From: an uncultured archaeon
GTDB taxonomy: Archaea > Asgardarchaeota > Lokiarchaeia > Sigyniarchaeales > SOKP01
Length of the DNA: 64,000 nt
Assembly (NCBI GenBank): GCA_964508365.1
Contig: CAZDTP010000003.1
Location: 56,092-120,091 of the forward strand
Direction: 5' to 3'
Positions 8,846 to 17,436 of the stretch are shown here, piece by piece. The notes under the pieces were generated by a model, which saw only the letters and a list, made by a program, of their open reading frames with translations, was not told the origin of the DNA and ran no database searches. The number at the start of each line of letters is the position of its first letter. The stretch's first letter is position 1. The position numbers and the translations under genes are program-made.

Positions 8846-9529
8846 TTGCTTATGAGCACTCCAGATAACCTTCAATCTATTGTTTGTAATCTAATAAAGG
8901 AATATCTAAAAAAGAAACCTTTCTTTTCAATAGAAGATATTGTAATGTTCATCAGTAATAGGGTAAGAACTAACCCTAATTTGAACAAACGCAGCATTGA
9001 AATCATCATTAAAAATCTCATTAAAAGAAGAATTCTAATCCCTGGAACTAAATTAATGAAAAATAATATCATCGAGCATCCAATAAGAAATGAAATCTAT
9101 AATTATATAAGAAAGAATCCTTCGAATGTTAATGATATAATGAAAGCAATTAATATTGGGAGTAATCAAGCGTTATGGCATTTATCTTGCTTAGAAAAAT
9201 TTAGATTTACAAGATCAACAAAAATCGAGAATCAAAGAATAATTTTTGAATATGAATCAAATTCAGATCTAGATGAGTTGTATTACTATTTAAAACAGGA
9301 TATTGTACAAGATATTATCAACCTACTGAAAAAAGAAAACACCTCATTTAAAATTACGGAAATTGCTGCCAATTTAAAAAAAAATTACAATACTGTAAAA
9401 AAATATCTTGAAATATTAGGAACTCTGAAAATATTAAAAATTGAAAAAAATAAAAAAAGAGTTTTATTCAGATTAGATCAAGAGAAATATGATAATATTA
9501 GGAAATCCATTATTGATGGTGAATTATAA
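8846..9529 (+). CDS. Tandem winged helix-turn-helix protein, probable transcription regulator
   Basis: Two HTH-like units (NVNDIMKAINIGSNQALWHLSCLEKF; KITEIAANLKKNYNTVKKYLEILG); divergent from Ubl1. Confidence 0.65.
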   Translation: MLMSTPDNLQSIVCNLIKEYLKKKPFFSIEDIVMFISNRVRTNPNLNKRSIEIIIKNLIKRRILIPGTKLMKNNIIEHPIRNEIYNYIRKNPSNVNDIMKAINIGSNQALWHLSCLEKFRFTRSTKIENQRIIFEYESNSDLDELYYYLKQDIVQDIINLLKKENTSFKITEIAANLKKNYNTVKKYLEILGTLKILKIEKNKKRVLFRLDQEKYDNIRKSIIDGEL

Positions 9530-9608
9530 AATTTACAAAGTTATTCCAATGGAATTTATATTTTGAATTATATATTAGAAAATTAGATAATACTTTAATC
9601 AAAAAATC

Positions 9609-10397
9609 ATGAAGAAGAAATATAGAGTTTTAAATATCATAACTCTTTATGTTGTTTTCACTTTAATTTATTTGATTTTTTTCATATTCCAAATAGAGAG
9701 TTTACCTTTATTTCTCTTTCTAACTATTGGGAGTGTTGCTGTATTATCTACCAGCACGATCTATACCGTTGTTAAATCTAAAAGCAGTCCAGCGAAGAGG
9801 ATAAAAAAAGATAAATATTATCAAAAACCAAAATCAATCAAAAGAATATCGAGTGATTTGATTGAGGATTACTTCGAAGCCATGCCATTAATAGATCAAT
9901 ACGCTGATACTGATGTATCTTTTGAAAATGTAGAATCAATCGATGATTATATCTTCACTTTTTTCAAACAAGAGGAAGTAGATAAAATCGATTTGTTAGG
10001 GTTTTCAAAAATGGATAAAATCTTTTTTATCAGAGAGATGTTGTATTTTGATGCTGGTGAGAGAAAGCAGCTAATCGAAGATATTTTGAAAAATAAAGAT
10101 ATAACTGATGAACAGATAAAATACTACCCGCCTTTAAACATAATTGGATTGAATGATAAATTACGCGTTTACATAAGGTCATTAGTCGAACCTGGTGAGA
10201 AGACCAAAATACTCATAATTGAAACCTCCGAATTAATAAGTATAATCAAAGAACAAGTTGGAATTCTATTTGATTATGGTTTAGAAGATTTTTCCCTATC
10301 CACAGGAGGTTTAATATTAGATGAAACTAAGCAGATAAAGGACTATTTTATTGACGAGGATGACGAAATTGCTTTAATTCCATCAAAAAAAAAATAG
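9609..10397 (+). CDS. Membrane-anchored protein with C-terminal ubiquitin-like domain lacking a terminal Gly
   Basis: Two N-terminal hydrophobic helices; the C-terminal ~80 aa align by eye with Ubl1/Ubl2 (EPGEK, IKEQV, LSTGG..LDE...IKDY.I..DDEI.LIP); ends PSKKK. Confidence 0.75.
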   Translation: MKKKYRVLNIITLYVVFTLIYLIFFIFQIESLPLFLFLTIGSVAVLSTSTIYTVVKSKSSPAKRIKKDKYYQKPKSIKRISSDLIEDYFEAMPLIDQYADTDVSFENVESIDDYIFTFFKQEEVDKIDLLGFSKMDKIFFIREMLYFDAGERKQLIEDILKNKDITDEQIKYYPPLNIIGLNDKLRVYIRSLVEPGEKTKILIIETSELISIIKEQVGILFDYGLEDFSLSTGGLILDETKQIKDYFIDEDDEIALIPSKKK

Positions 10398-10416
10398 AAT
10401 TATTTTTTTTATAGTT

Positions 10417-10836
10417 TTATATCCTTTCAATATAACAACCAGCAACACTCGCTGGAATTAATAAAATGTCATCTCCATCATCTACATTGTAATCACTCAG
10501 CGTAGATTCTTCATCCATGGTAACTCCTCCAGAAGACAAATAAAAATCAGATGGATCTAAAGCAAATAAATTCGCTATAGTATCTTTAATATCTCTTACC
10601 ATATTACCCGTGAAGACGGTAAGCTTTTGTTTTTTCTCCCCTGGTCCTATAGTGGATAAAAAAAAAACTGAAATCTTTTTTCCTTCAGAAGAGATTGTGG
10701 GTTCTGGAGTTTTAGATCTAATATCTTCTGTTTGGTCCTTTTTAGACTGATCATCAATATCTTTATCCAAGCTTTCATCAATTTCCTCATCGAATTCTTC
10801 ATCGAACTCCTCTTCAAATTCATCGTCAAAATCCAT
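10417..10836 (-). CDS. Ubiquitin-like protein Ubl2 (long acidic tail; ends IPASVAG-CYIERI)
   Basis: Clear paralog of Ubl1 (STIGPGEKK.KLTV, LSSGG.TMDE, DYNV.DGDDILLIPAS.AG). Confidence 0.85.
   Translation of the reverse strand: MDFDDEFEEEFDEEFDEEIDESLDKDIDDQSKKDQTEDIRSKTPEPTISSEGKKISVFFLSTIGPGEKKQKLTVFTGNMVRDIKDTIANLFALDPSDFYLSSGGVTMDEESTLSDYNVDDGDDILLIPASVAGCYIERI
10785..10833 (-). repeat. Imperfect ~12-nt coding repeat giving the (D/E)EEF acidic tail of Ubl2
   Basis: Protein reads DFDDEFEEEFDEEFDEEIDE. Confidence 0.5.
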
Positions 10837-11015
10837 TAGATTAACACCATAAATTTAGATTACTTAATTTTATATTACTTTTAAAAAATAAAGGAATTTA
10901 TGTTATATAAATAGACTTCACAAAACCAAAAAAATTCTTAAATTGAAATTACAAACACTTTAGAATTTGAGTTAATATAATATAATTAATAATTTACATA
11001 AGTTTAAGAACTACC

Positions 11016-12119
11016 ATGAAGGATAAACCTATTCCTAAGTATCAAATTCGAGAAAAAACACCCGAAGAGCAACTAGACACCATTCCTAAAACAAAATTAC
11101 TTAAAAAAATTAAGGAAGAAAGAATTAAATTAAATAGAGAAAAAACTGAATGGGAGAGCGTTATTAGCAAAGTTGAAGGTTATCAAGATAATATTCAAGA
11201 TTTAGAAAAAAAAAGAAAAGAAAAAGAACTTCAAGTCAGAGACCTTCAAAATCAACACGAAAAACTAAAAAACGATCTAGACAATATGAGAAATGAATTA
11301 AAAGAAAGTAAAAATAATCTATATGAGAAAGAAAGGGAGTTAGATCAAAAAAATGCTGACTTAGAGCGATATCAAGAGAGATTAGATGGACTAAGAGATG
11401 AATTAGAGAGTGAGAAGAAAGACTTAGAAAGAGAAAAAGAAAAAGCAAAAGAAAGAATTAAAGAAATTAAAACCAAATTACCCGGAATGGAACGGAGAGA
11501 GAGTGCCTTAGAGAGAACAATTGAAAAGTTGGAAAACAATTTAATGGATTTAAGAAACGAAGGTAAGAGTTTAACGAGAGAAAGAGATAATTTAAACAAT
11601 GAAATCAATAGTTTGAGAAGAGAGATAGTAGATGAAAAAAATCGAATTGATGATGAGAAAAGAAGATTAAAAGATGAAAAAGAAAAGGTTCGCTATAAGA
11701 AAAAAGACTTAAGTCTCAAAGCTCGTGATATTGAAAAAAAAAAAGAGCAATTGGGAAAATTTAAAGAGGATGTAGATCACGATGTAAAAGACTTAGAAAG
11801 AAAGAAAAAAGGGCAAGAAGTAAGATTAAAGGAATTAGATAGGAAGGTACCTAAGGCAGAAGATACTTATTTTTCATTAGAACATAAAATTGGTAACTTA
11901 GAAAATAAACTGAAAAGCTTAAAAGATGAAATAAAAAAACTGGAAAAGGAAAAATCGAAAATAGAAGACGATAAATTTTCAATTAGAAAGGAGAGGCAAA
12001 GATTAGAAAGTGATAAAGAGAGATTTCTTAAAGAAAAAAGAGATTTTGAAAGAGAATTGAAAAAAACAAAAGAAATCCCAAAATATAAAATCAAATCAAA
12101 AACGCCTTCGAGATATTAA
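11016..12119 (+). CDS. Long coiled-coil rod protein with matching head and tail motifs
   Basis: About 330 aa of K/E/L heptad sequence; IPKYQIREKTP at aa 6-16 and IPKYKIKSKTP at aa 354-364. Confidence 0.75.
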   Translation: MKDKPIPKYQIREKTPEEQLDTIPKTKLLKKIKEERIKLNREKTEWESVISKVEGYQDNIQDLEKKRKEKELQVRDLQNQHEKLKNDLDNMRNELKESKNNLYEKERELDQKNADLERYQERLDGLRDELESEKKDLEREKEKAKERIKEIKTKLPGMERRESALERTIEKLENNLMDLRNEGKSLTRERDNLNNEINSLRREIVDEKNRIDDEKRRLKDEKEKVRYKKKDLSLKARDIEKKKEQLGKFKEDVDHDVKDLERKKKGQEVRLKELDRKVPKAEDTYFSLEHKIGNLENKLKSLKDEIKKLEKEKSKIEDDKFSIRKERQRLESDKERFLKEKRDFERELKKTKEIPKYKIKSKTPSRY

Positions 12120-12139
12120 TTAGTATAGTTGGGGGATTT

Positions 12140-13177
12140 ATGAAAATTCCAAAAGGAATTGAAGGGGATTACCTTGAAACAAAAGAAAACAACCTTTTTT
12201 TCGATATAAAAGGTTATCACCATCCCCGAGACCGTAGAATTTGTTTTTTAAGATTTTATCCAGATCAAAATGGGGAAAGAATAAAAGAAGGCAAAAAATT
12301 TAATAAAATCTATTCTTTAGATGAAAGATATTTGAAATTAAGAGAGGAATACCCACAGTATCTTTTTTTTTCAAATGAACTTGATTTAGAGCTTCAGGGC
12401 GTAGAAATTAAAGATATAAAGAAAATTTATACGCCCCGAGAATACTATGATGCATTAAAAATGAGGAATAATTTGTCAGAAATCGAAATCCATTCCAAAA
12501 ATTTGTGTGAGTTATTTATTACAGGCGGTTCCATACCAGAAGATGCAATCGGTATTTCTGGTTCCCCCATGATCGGATTAAGTAAAGATGATTCTGATAT
12601 AGATGTAATAATATATGGAACTCGTGCTAGTTTAGAGTTTCAAGATAAATTAAAAACAATACTGCTTACTTCAAACAATTGTAGGGCGTATAACTTAAGC
12701 GAATATAAAACTCATTATAATTGGAGGGTAGGAGGTTCTGGCATTAGTTTCGAGAATTTTTTGAGAAGTGAAAAAAGAAAGTTACATCAAGGAAAATTCT
12801 ATGGAATTGATTTCTTTATACGATATATTAAAAGCCCTAATGATTGGAATGGAACTTTCTACGATTACAAATTCAAGAACTTAGGAAGGATTGAAATAAA
12901 AGCAAAAATTGTAGATTCAACCGATTCCATTTTTACTCCCTGCTCTTATAAAATTAATGGTATAGAAATCGTAGATAAAAAATTTATTAGAAATGATATA
13001 AATTTAAAAGATATTACTGAAATCAACTCATTTCGCGGTAGATTTTGTGAACACGCTAAAGATGGAGAAACTGTGTTAGTTAAAGGAAAACTAGAAGAAG
13101 TAGTTTTCAAAAATAACAAAAAATATCTAAGAATTCTACTTACGGATCAAAAACAAGATATTTTTTGCGTAATATAG
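12140..13177 (+). CDS. Predicted archaeal Pol-beta-superfamily nucleotidyltransferase (COG1665-like)
   Basis: GISGSPMIGL...SDIDVIIYG (GS...DxD); possible C-terminal OB-like region. Confidence 0.7.
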   Translation: MKIPKGIEGDYLETKENNLFFDIKGYHHPRDRRICFLRFYPDQNGERIKEGKKFNKIYSLDERYLKLREEYPQYLFFSNELDLELQGVEIKDIKKIYTPREYYDALKMRNNLSEIEIHSKNLCELFITGGSIPEDAIGISGSPMIGLSKDDSDIDVIIYGTRASLEFQDKLKTILLTSNNCRAYNLSEYKTHYNWRVGGSGISFENFLRSEKRKLHQGKFYGIDFFIRYIKSPNDWNGTFYDYKFKNLGRIEIKAKIVDSTDSIFTPCSYKINGIEIVDKKFIRNDINLKDITEINSFRGRFCEHAKDGETVLVKGKLEEVVFKNNKKYLRILLTDQKQDIFCVI

Positions 13178-13280
13178 CTCTAATTATCCGACTTAAAATA
13201 ACAAAACACTTTTTTTCCTAAAACAAAAAAAATAATAGGTATCCACCATTAAATTATTTCAGAAATATCTGATTTAAAAT

Positions 13281-14354
13281 ATGATTGAGCGATATAAAAA
13301 ATCAGTCGAAATAGACCCGAAAGACGCAGACGCGTGGATTAACTTAGGGGATGCCTATTACGACGAAACAAATTTTGATGAGGCAATAAAAGCATATCAG
13401 AAAGCAATTGATATTAATCCTTTTTTTTCCGAAGTATGGAATAATTTAGGTCTAGCACTCAGTATGATACATAAATTTAAAGATGCAATAGAATGTTATC
13501 AAGAAGCGCTTAAAATCGAACCAGACGACGCAATTTCTTACTATAACATGGGATTTGCATATGAGGATTTAGAAGATTATGATAATGCGTTAAAATTTTA
13601 CAAGATTGCACTAGAATATGAACCAAGCTACACAGATGTGTGGAATAATATTGCTTTAATTTATAGAGAAAATGAACAATATGATGAAGCAATAGAATGC
13701 TACAAAAAAGCGATAAGAATCAACCCAGATGAGCAAATGTTATATAATAATATAGCCATCATCTATTACGATACCCAAAACTTCGATGAAGCCATAAAGT
13801 ATTATAAAAAAGCTATTGATCTAGATCCCAACAATGCAGAGTTATGGTTTGATTTAGGTGACATTGCATATGAACAAAACGACTATGAATTGGCAATATC
13901 CTGTTATAAAAAAGCAACTGAGCTTAATCCTCAATTCATTGAAGCATGGAATAATTTGGGGTTATCCTACACATTTACGAAAGAATTTAAAAAATCTATC
14001 AAGTGCTATGAAGAAGCACTAAGTTTACAATCTGAGGACCCAGTACTTTATGAAAATTTAGCGTTTAGCTATAGTGCTTTAAATGATTTTGATAATGCTA
14101 TTTTATATTATCAAAACACTCTTAGAATCGATCCTGAGAACATCAACGTACTTAAGAAATTAGGCCGAATTTATTGCGATGTAAGAAAAAATTATGAAGA
14201 AGCAATAAAACATTTTAATAAAATTGTCGCTTTGGATCCTTCTGAATTAGATTTTTGGGAATCAGCGGTAAGTTGTCATGAAAAACTAGGAAATTTTGAA
14301 AAAGCTAAAGAATGGAATGAAAAAGGGTCTAAACTAAAAGCAAATGATTATTAA
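13281..14354 (+). CDS. Tetratricopeptide repeat protein (~10 TPRs)
   Basis: 34-aa periodic W.NLG..Y.....Y.EAI..Y.KA..I.P units. Confidence 0.92.
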   Translation: MIERYKKSVEIDPKDADAWINLGDAYYDETNFDEAIKAYQKAIDINPFFSEVWNNLGLALSMIHKFKDAIECYQEALKIEPDDAISYYNMGFAYEDLEDYDNALKFYKIALEYEPSYTDVWNNIALIYRENEQYDEAIECYKKAIRINPDEQMLYNNIAIIYYDTQNFDEAIKYYKKAIDLDPNNAELWFDLGDIAYEQNDYELAISCYKKATELNPQFIEAWNNLGLSYTFTKEFKKSIKCYEEALSLQSEDPVLYENLAFSYSALNDFDNAILYYQNTLRIDPENINVLKKLGRIYCDVRKNYEEAIKHFNKIVALDPSELDFWESAVSCHEKLGNFEKAKEWNEKGSKLKANDY

Positions 14355-14378
14355 TCGATTCTAGTTTTAAATTAACTA

Positions 14379-15689
14379 ATGGATTCATTTAATGCTGACT
14401 TACACATCCACTCACCTCATTCAATTGCAGTATCTAAAAATCTTAATTTAGATACTATGGTAGAAACCTGTAAGAAAAAAGGGTTGGATATCCTTGGAAC
14501 CGGAGATGTGTTGCAACCGGATTGGTTAAAGTATTTAGAAAAGAATTTGAAAAAAGACCATGTCGGAGCTTTCTCTTATAAGGATATTTACTTTATTTTA
14601 CAAACTGAGATTGAAGACGAAAATTCGATTCACGAAGTGGTTTTTTTCCCCGATTTTTCAACCGTAAGAGAAGTCCAAAAAAAGATTAAACCATATTCAA
14701 AAAATATTTTGGGTGAATGGGGGGGTCGCCCAAGGGTAAATTTACCTCCTGCGGAATTAGTTGACATTATCACAGATTTTGGAGCAATAATAGGTCCTGC
14801 TCATGCTTTTACTCCATTTAAAGCAATTTTTCGCCAAAGTAAATATGCGACTCTCGAAGAGTGCTATCAAGACGCTACTAAAAAAGTGAAATTTTTAGAA
14901 TTAGGACTCTCTGCTAATACAGATTTAGCCGATAAATTAGAATCTCTTAAAAATATATCTTTTTTAAGCAATAGCGATGCGCATTCTGAAAGTCCCCGCT
15001 CTTTAGGGAGAGAATTCAACAAAATTAAAATGGAAAACCCTTCGTTTGATGAGCTAGCCTTAGCCTTAGAAAGAAAAAGTCAACGCAAAATTGAACTAAA
15101 TGTAGGACTTCACCCGAAGCTAGGAAAATATTATAATATGTTCTGCAACAAATGTAGAAGAAGAGTAATATTTGTTAAATCAGAAAAAACTAAAGATACA
15201 CTATTAAATGAATATACTATTTCAGAAGACTTCATAAAAATTTTATCAGAAAACCCCTTAAATGCGAGAAAAGAATACATAAACAATGTTTCCAAGGAGA
15301 AAATTACTTGTCCTGCTTGTAAAGAAAAAATTAACAAGAACATTAAAATTAAATTAGGAGTCAGTGAGAGAATAGATGTTATTTCTACATCAATCGAACC
15401 AATACATCCAAATCATAGGCCTCCATACATCAATGCGGTTCCTTTAATAGATATTATTCGCGCGGTAAAAAAAATTAAGAGCGCTACGAGTGTTACAGTT
15501 TTAAAATCATATGAGAAAATGTTAAATGAACTAGGCGCCGAATTTATTATTTTATTTGATACAGAAATTGAAGAAATCAAGAAATTTGACAAGAATATTG
15601 CCACAGTTATCGAAGCAATAAGAAAAAATAAAGTTAAATATACACCTGGTGGCGGTGGGACTTATGGGCAAATTCAACTCGAAATGTAA
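14379..15689 (+). CDS. PHP-family protein, endonuclease Q-like (TIGR00375-type)
   Basis: ADLHIHS, GTGD, GPAHAFTP, ELGLSA, SNSDAHS, GKY...C..C...C..C, C-terminal PGGGGTYG. Confidence 0.8.
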   Translation: MDSFNADLHIHSPHSIAVSKNLNLDTMVETCKKKGLDILGTGDVLQPDWLKYLEKNLKKDHVGAFSYKDIYFILQTEIEDENSIHEVVFFPDFSTVREVQKKIKPYSKNILGEWGGRPRVNLPPAELVDIITDFGAIIGPAHAFTPFKAIFRQSKYATLEECYQDATKKVKFLELGLSANTDLADKLESLKNISFLSNSDAHSESPRSLGREFNKIKMENPSFDELALALERKSQRKIELNVGLHPKLGKYYNMFCNKCRRRVIFVKSEKTKDTLLNEYTISEDFIKILSENPLNARKEYINNVSKEKITCPACKEKINKNIKIKLGVSERIDVISTSIEPIHPNHRPPYINAVPLIDIIRAVKKIKSATSVTVLKSYEKMLNELGAEFIILFDTEIEEIKKFDKNIATVIEAIRKNKVKYTPGGGGTYGQIQLEM

Positions 15690-15758
15690 CTATCTAAAGA
15701 AGAATTTAAGTAGCTGTTAATAAGGAAATCTAAGTATTGAAAAAAGTTCAAAATTTGG

Positions 15759-15998
15759 CTATATTTCAAACTCTAAATCAAGATTTAAAAGTTCTCCACA
15801 TTTAGAGCAAGTCATAAAATCAAAAATTTTAAATGCTACAACCATAAGCTCTAAATCTTTTCTAGGAAATCGATTTTTAAACTTTTTTTTATAATCTCCG
15901 GAAGGACAGCTAATAATCGCTCGTACATTAATAATGTCCTCCGCTTCCGAACTATCGAAAGCTTGTTCAGTTGTATTCTTATTCATATCAATTTCCAT
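15759..15998 (-). CDS. Small putative Zn-binding protein
   Basis: CPSG...CSKCG; divergent from ftsZ. Confidence 0.55.
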   Translation of the reverse strand: MEIDMNKNTTEQAFDSSEAEDIINVRAIISCPSGDYKKKFKNRFPRKDLELMVVAFKIFDFMTCSKCGELLNLDLEFEI

Positions 15999-16206
15999 TT
16001 TAATTAACCCCGAGCATATAAAATATGAAAATTCGGTCTTTTAAATTTATCTACTTCGAAATTTATCCTTTTTATCACGCGAACAAGTGGAAATTTGATG
16101 TATTTTCATTGTAATACTCATATAACATCTATATTAATAATATTAATTTTGATATGTATTATTAGCGTATTATATAGCTAATTACTCCATATTATGGTAA
16201 TGATTA

Positions 16207-17349
16207 ATGAACAACGATGAATTTGATCTAAGCGAAATTGTAAAATCTAGAGAATCTGTTAGAACTAGGTTTAATGAGATAGCGCGTCAGAATGTTAAAT
16301 CAAATAACGTGTCAAATCTAGATAACGACACTTATCTAGCGGATCTGCTAAAAGTTATAAAAATTAAGTCTTTAGTTATTGGAGTCGGTGGAGCTGGGAA
16401 TAACACCGTATCGAGAATGCACGATATTGACTCTGATTACATCGACTCGCTCACTATTAATACGGATGCTCACGATTTATATTACTCAAATTCTAGCCAG
16501 AAACTTTTAATCGGAAAAGAGATTTGCAACGGATTAGGGTCTGGTAATGATCCCAGCATCGGTAGTGCGGCTGCTGAAGAAGATGTAGATCGCCTTTCTC
16601 AAGTGTTAAACGCTGATGTAGTTTTCCTTACTTTTGGCTTGGGTGGTGGTACTGGTACTGGTGCAGCTCCTATTATTGCTAGGGAAGCCAAAAAAAATAA
16701 TGCCACAGTTGTATCGTTTTGTTCAGTACCTTTTAAATCTGAAGGAGTGGAACGAAATTTAAGAGCAAGAAAAGGTCTAGAGGAACTTATGAAATATTCT
16801 GATACATTAATCCCTATACCAAATGATAATCTTCTCCGATTTAACCAAAAATTACCTATTCTAGCAGGTTTTAAGATTATGGATGAGGTTTTAATCAGGT
16901 GTATTAAAGAAATAATTAATCTAATAAATAACTGTGGTTTGATTAATATTGATTACGCAGATGTTAGAAAAGTTTTAGAAAAAAAGGGAAATTACCCTTC
17001 TGGGCTAATTGGTATTACAGAATCGTTAGGTGAAGAAAGAGATTTAATAAGAAAGTCTAAACTAGCATTACATAATCCTCTTTTAGAACCGGACATAAAA
17101 AAAGTTGATAAATGCATAGTTTCTGTTTCTGGTGATCATCAATTATCGTTATCTAATATTGATAGGATTATTTCAACAATTTCAAGTGAAATCCCCGAGG
17201 ATGCATCTCTTAAATTCGGAACTTCATTAAATCCAACCCTAGGATCGAAAATTAGGATTATGGCGTTAGGGCGAGGCCCAATCTCGCCATATGTTCAAGC
17301 GGCAATAGATGGGACTGAATTTCCACACACTCACATAAGCCAGCTGTAA
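16207..17349 (+). CDS. ftsZ: FtsZ family GTPase
   Basis: GVGGAGNN, INTD, GLGGGTGTGAAP, PF..EG, PNDNL, T7 loop GLINIDYADV. Confidence 0.9.
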   Translation: MNNDEFDLSEIVKSRESVRTRFNEIARQNVKSNNVSNLDNDTYLADLLKVIKIKSLVIGVGGAGNNTVSRMHDIDSDYIDSLTINTDAHDLYYSNSSQKLLIGKEICNGLGSGNDPSIGSAAAEEDVDRLSQVLNADVVFLTFGLGGGTGTGAAPIIAREAKKNNATVVSFCSVPFKSEGVERNLRARKGLEELMKYSDTLIPIPNDNLLRFNQKLPILAGFKIMDEVLIRCIKEIINLINNCGLINIDYADVRKVLEKKGNYPSGLIGITESLGEERDLIRKSKLALHNPLLEPDIKKVDKCIVSVSGDHQLSLSNIDRIISTISSEIPEDASLKFGTSLNPTLGSKIRIMALGRGPISPYVQAAIDGTEFPHTHISQL

Positions 17350-17436
17350 AAAATTTTTATGTAAAACGGGTATTTAATAATCAAACTACATCATTCATTA
17401 AACTTTTTTTTAAAAAAATCTTATAACTAATAACAA

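Noticed and set aside
10780-10836. FDEE[FIL] repeats in Ubl tails as ATG8-interacting (LIR/AIM) motifs
   Set aside because: Spacing is F-x-x-x-hydrophobic, not the F-x-x-[LIV] core.
11016-15689. Anti-phage defence reading (SMC-like rod + NTase + TPR + nuclease, CBASS-like with E1/E2/JAB)
   Set aside because: E1, E2 and JAMM are separate eukaryote-like proteins with their own Ubls, the rod has no ATPase head, the NTase does not look like a CD-NTase by eye and no effector is evident; a DefenseFinder/PADLOC run would settle it.
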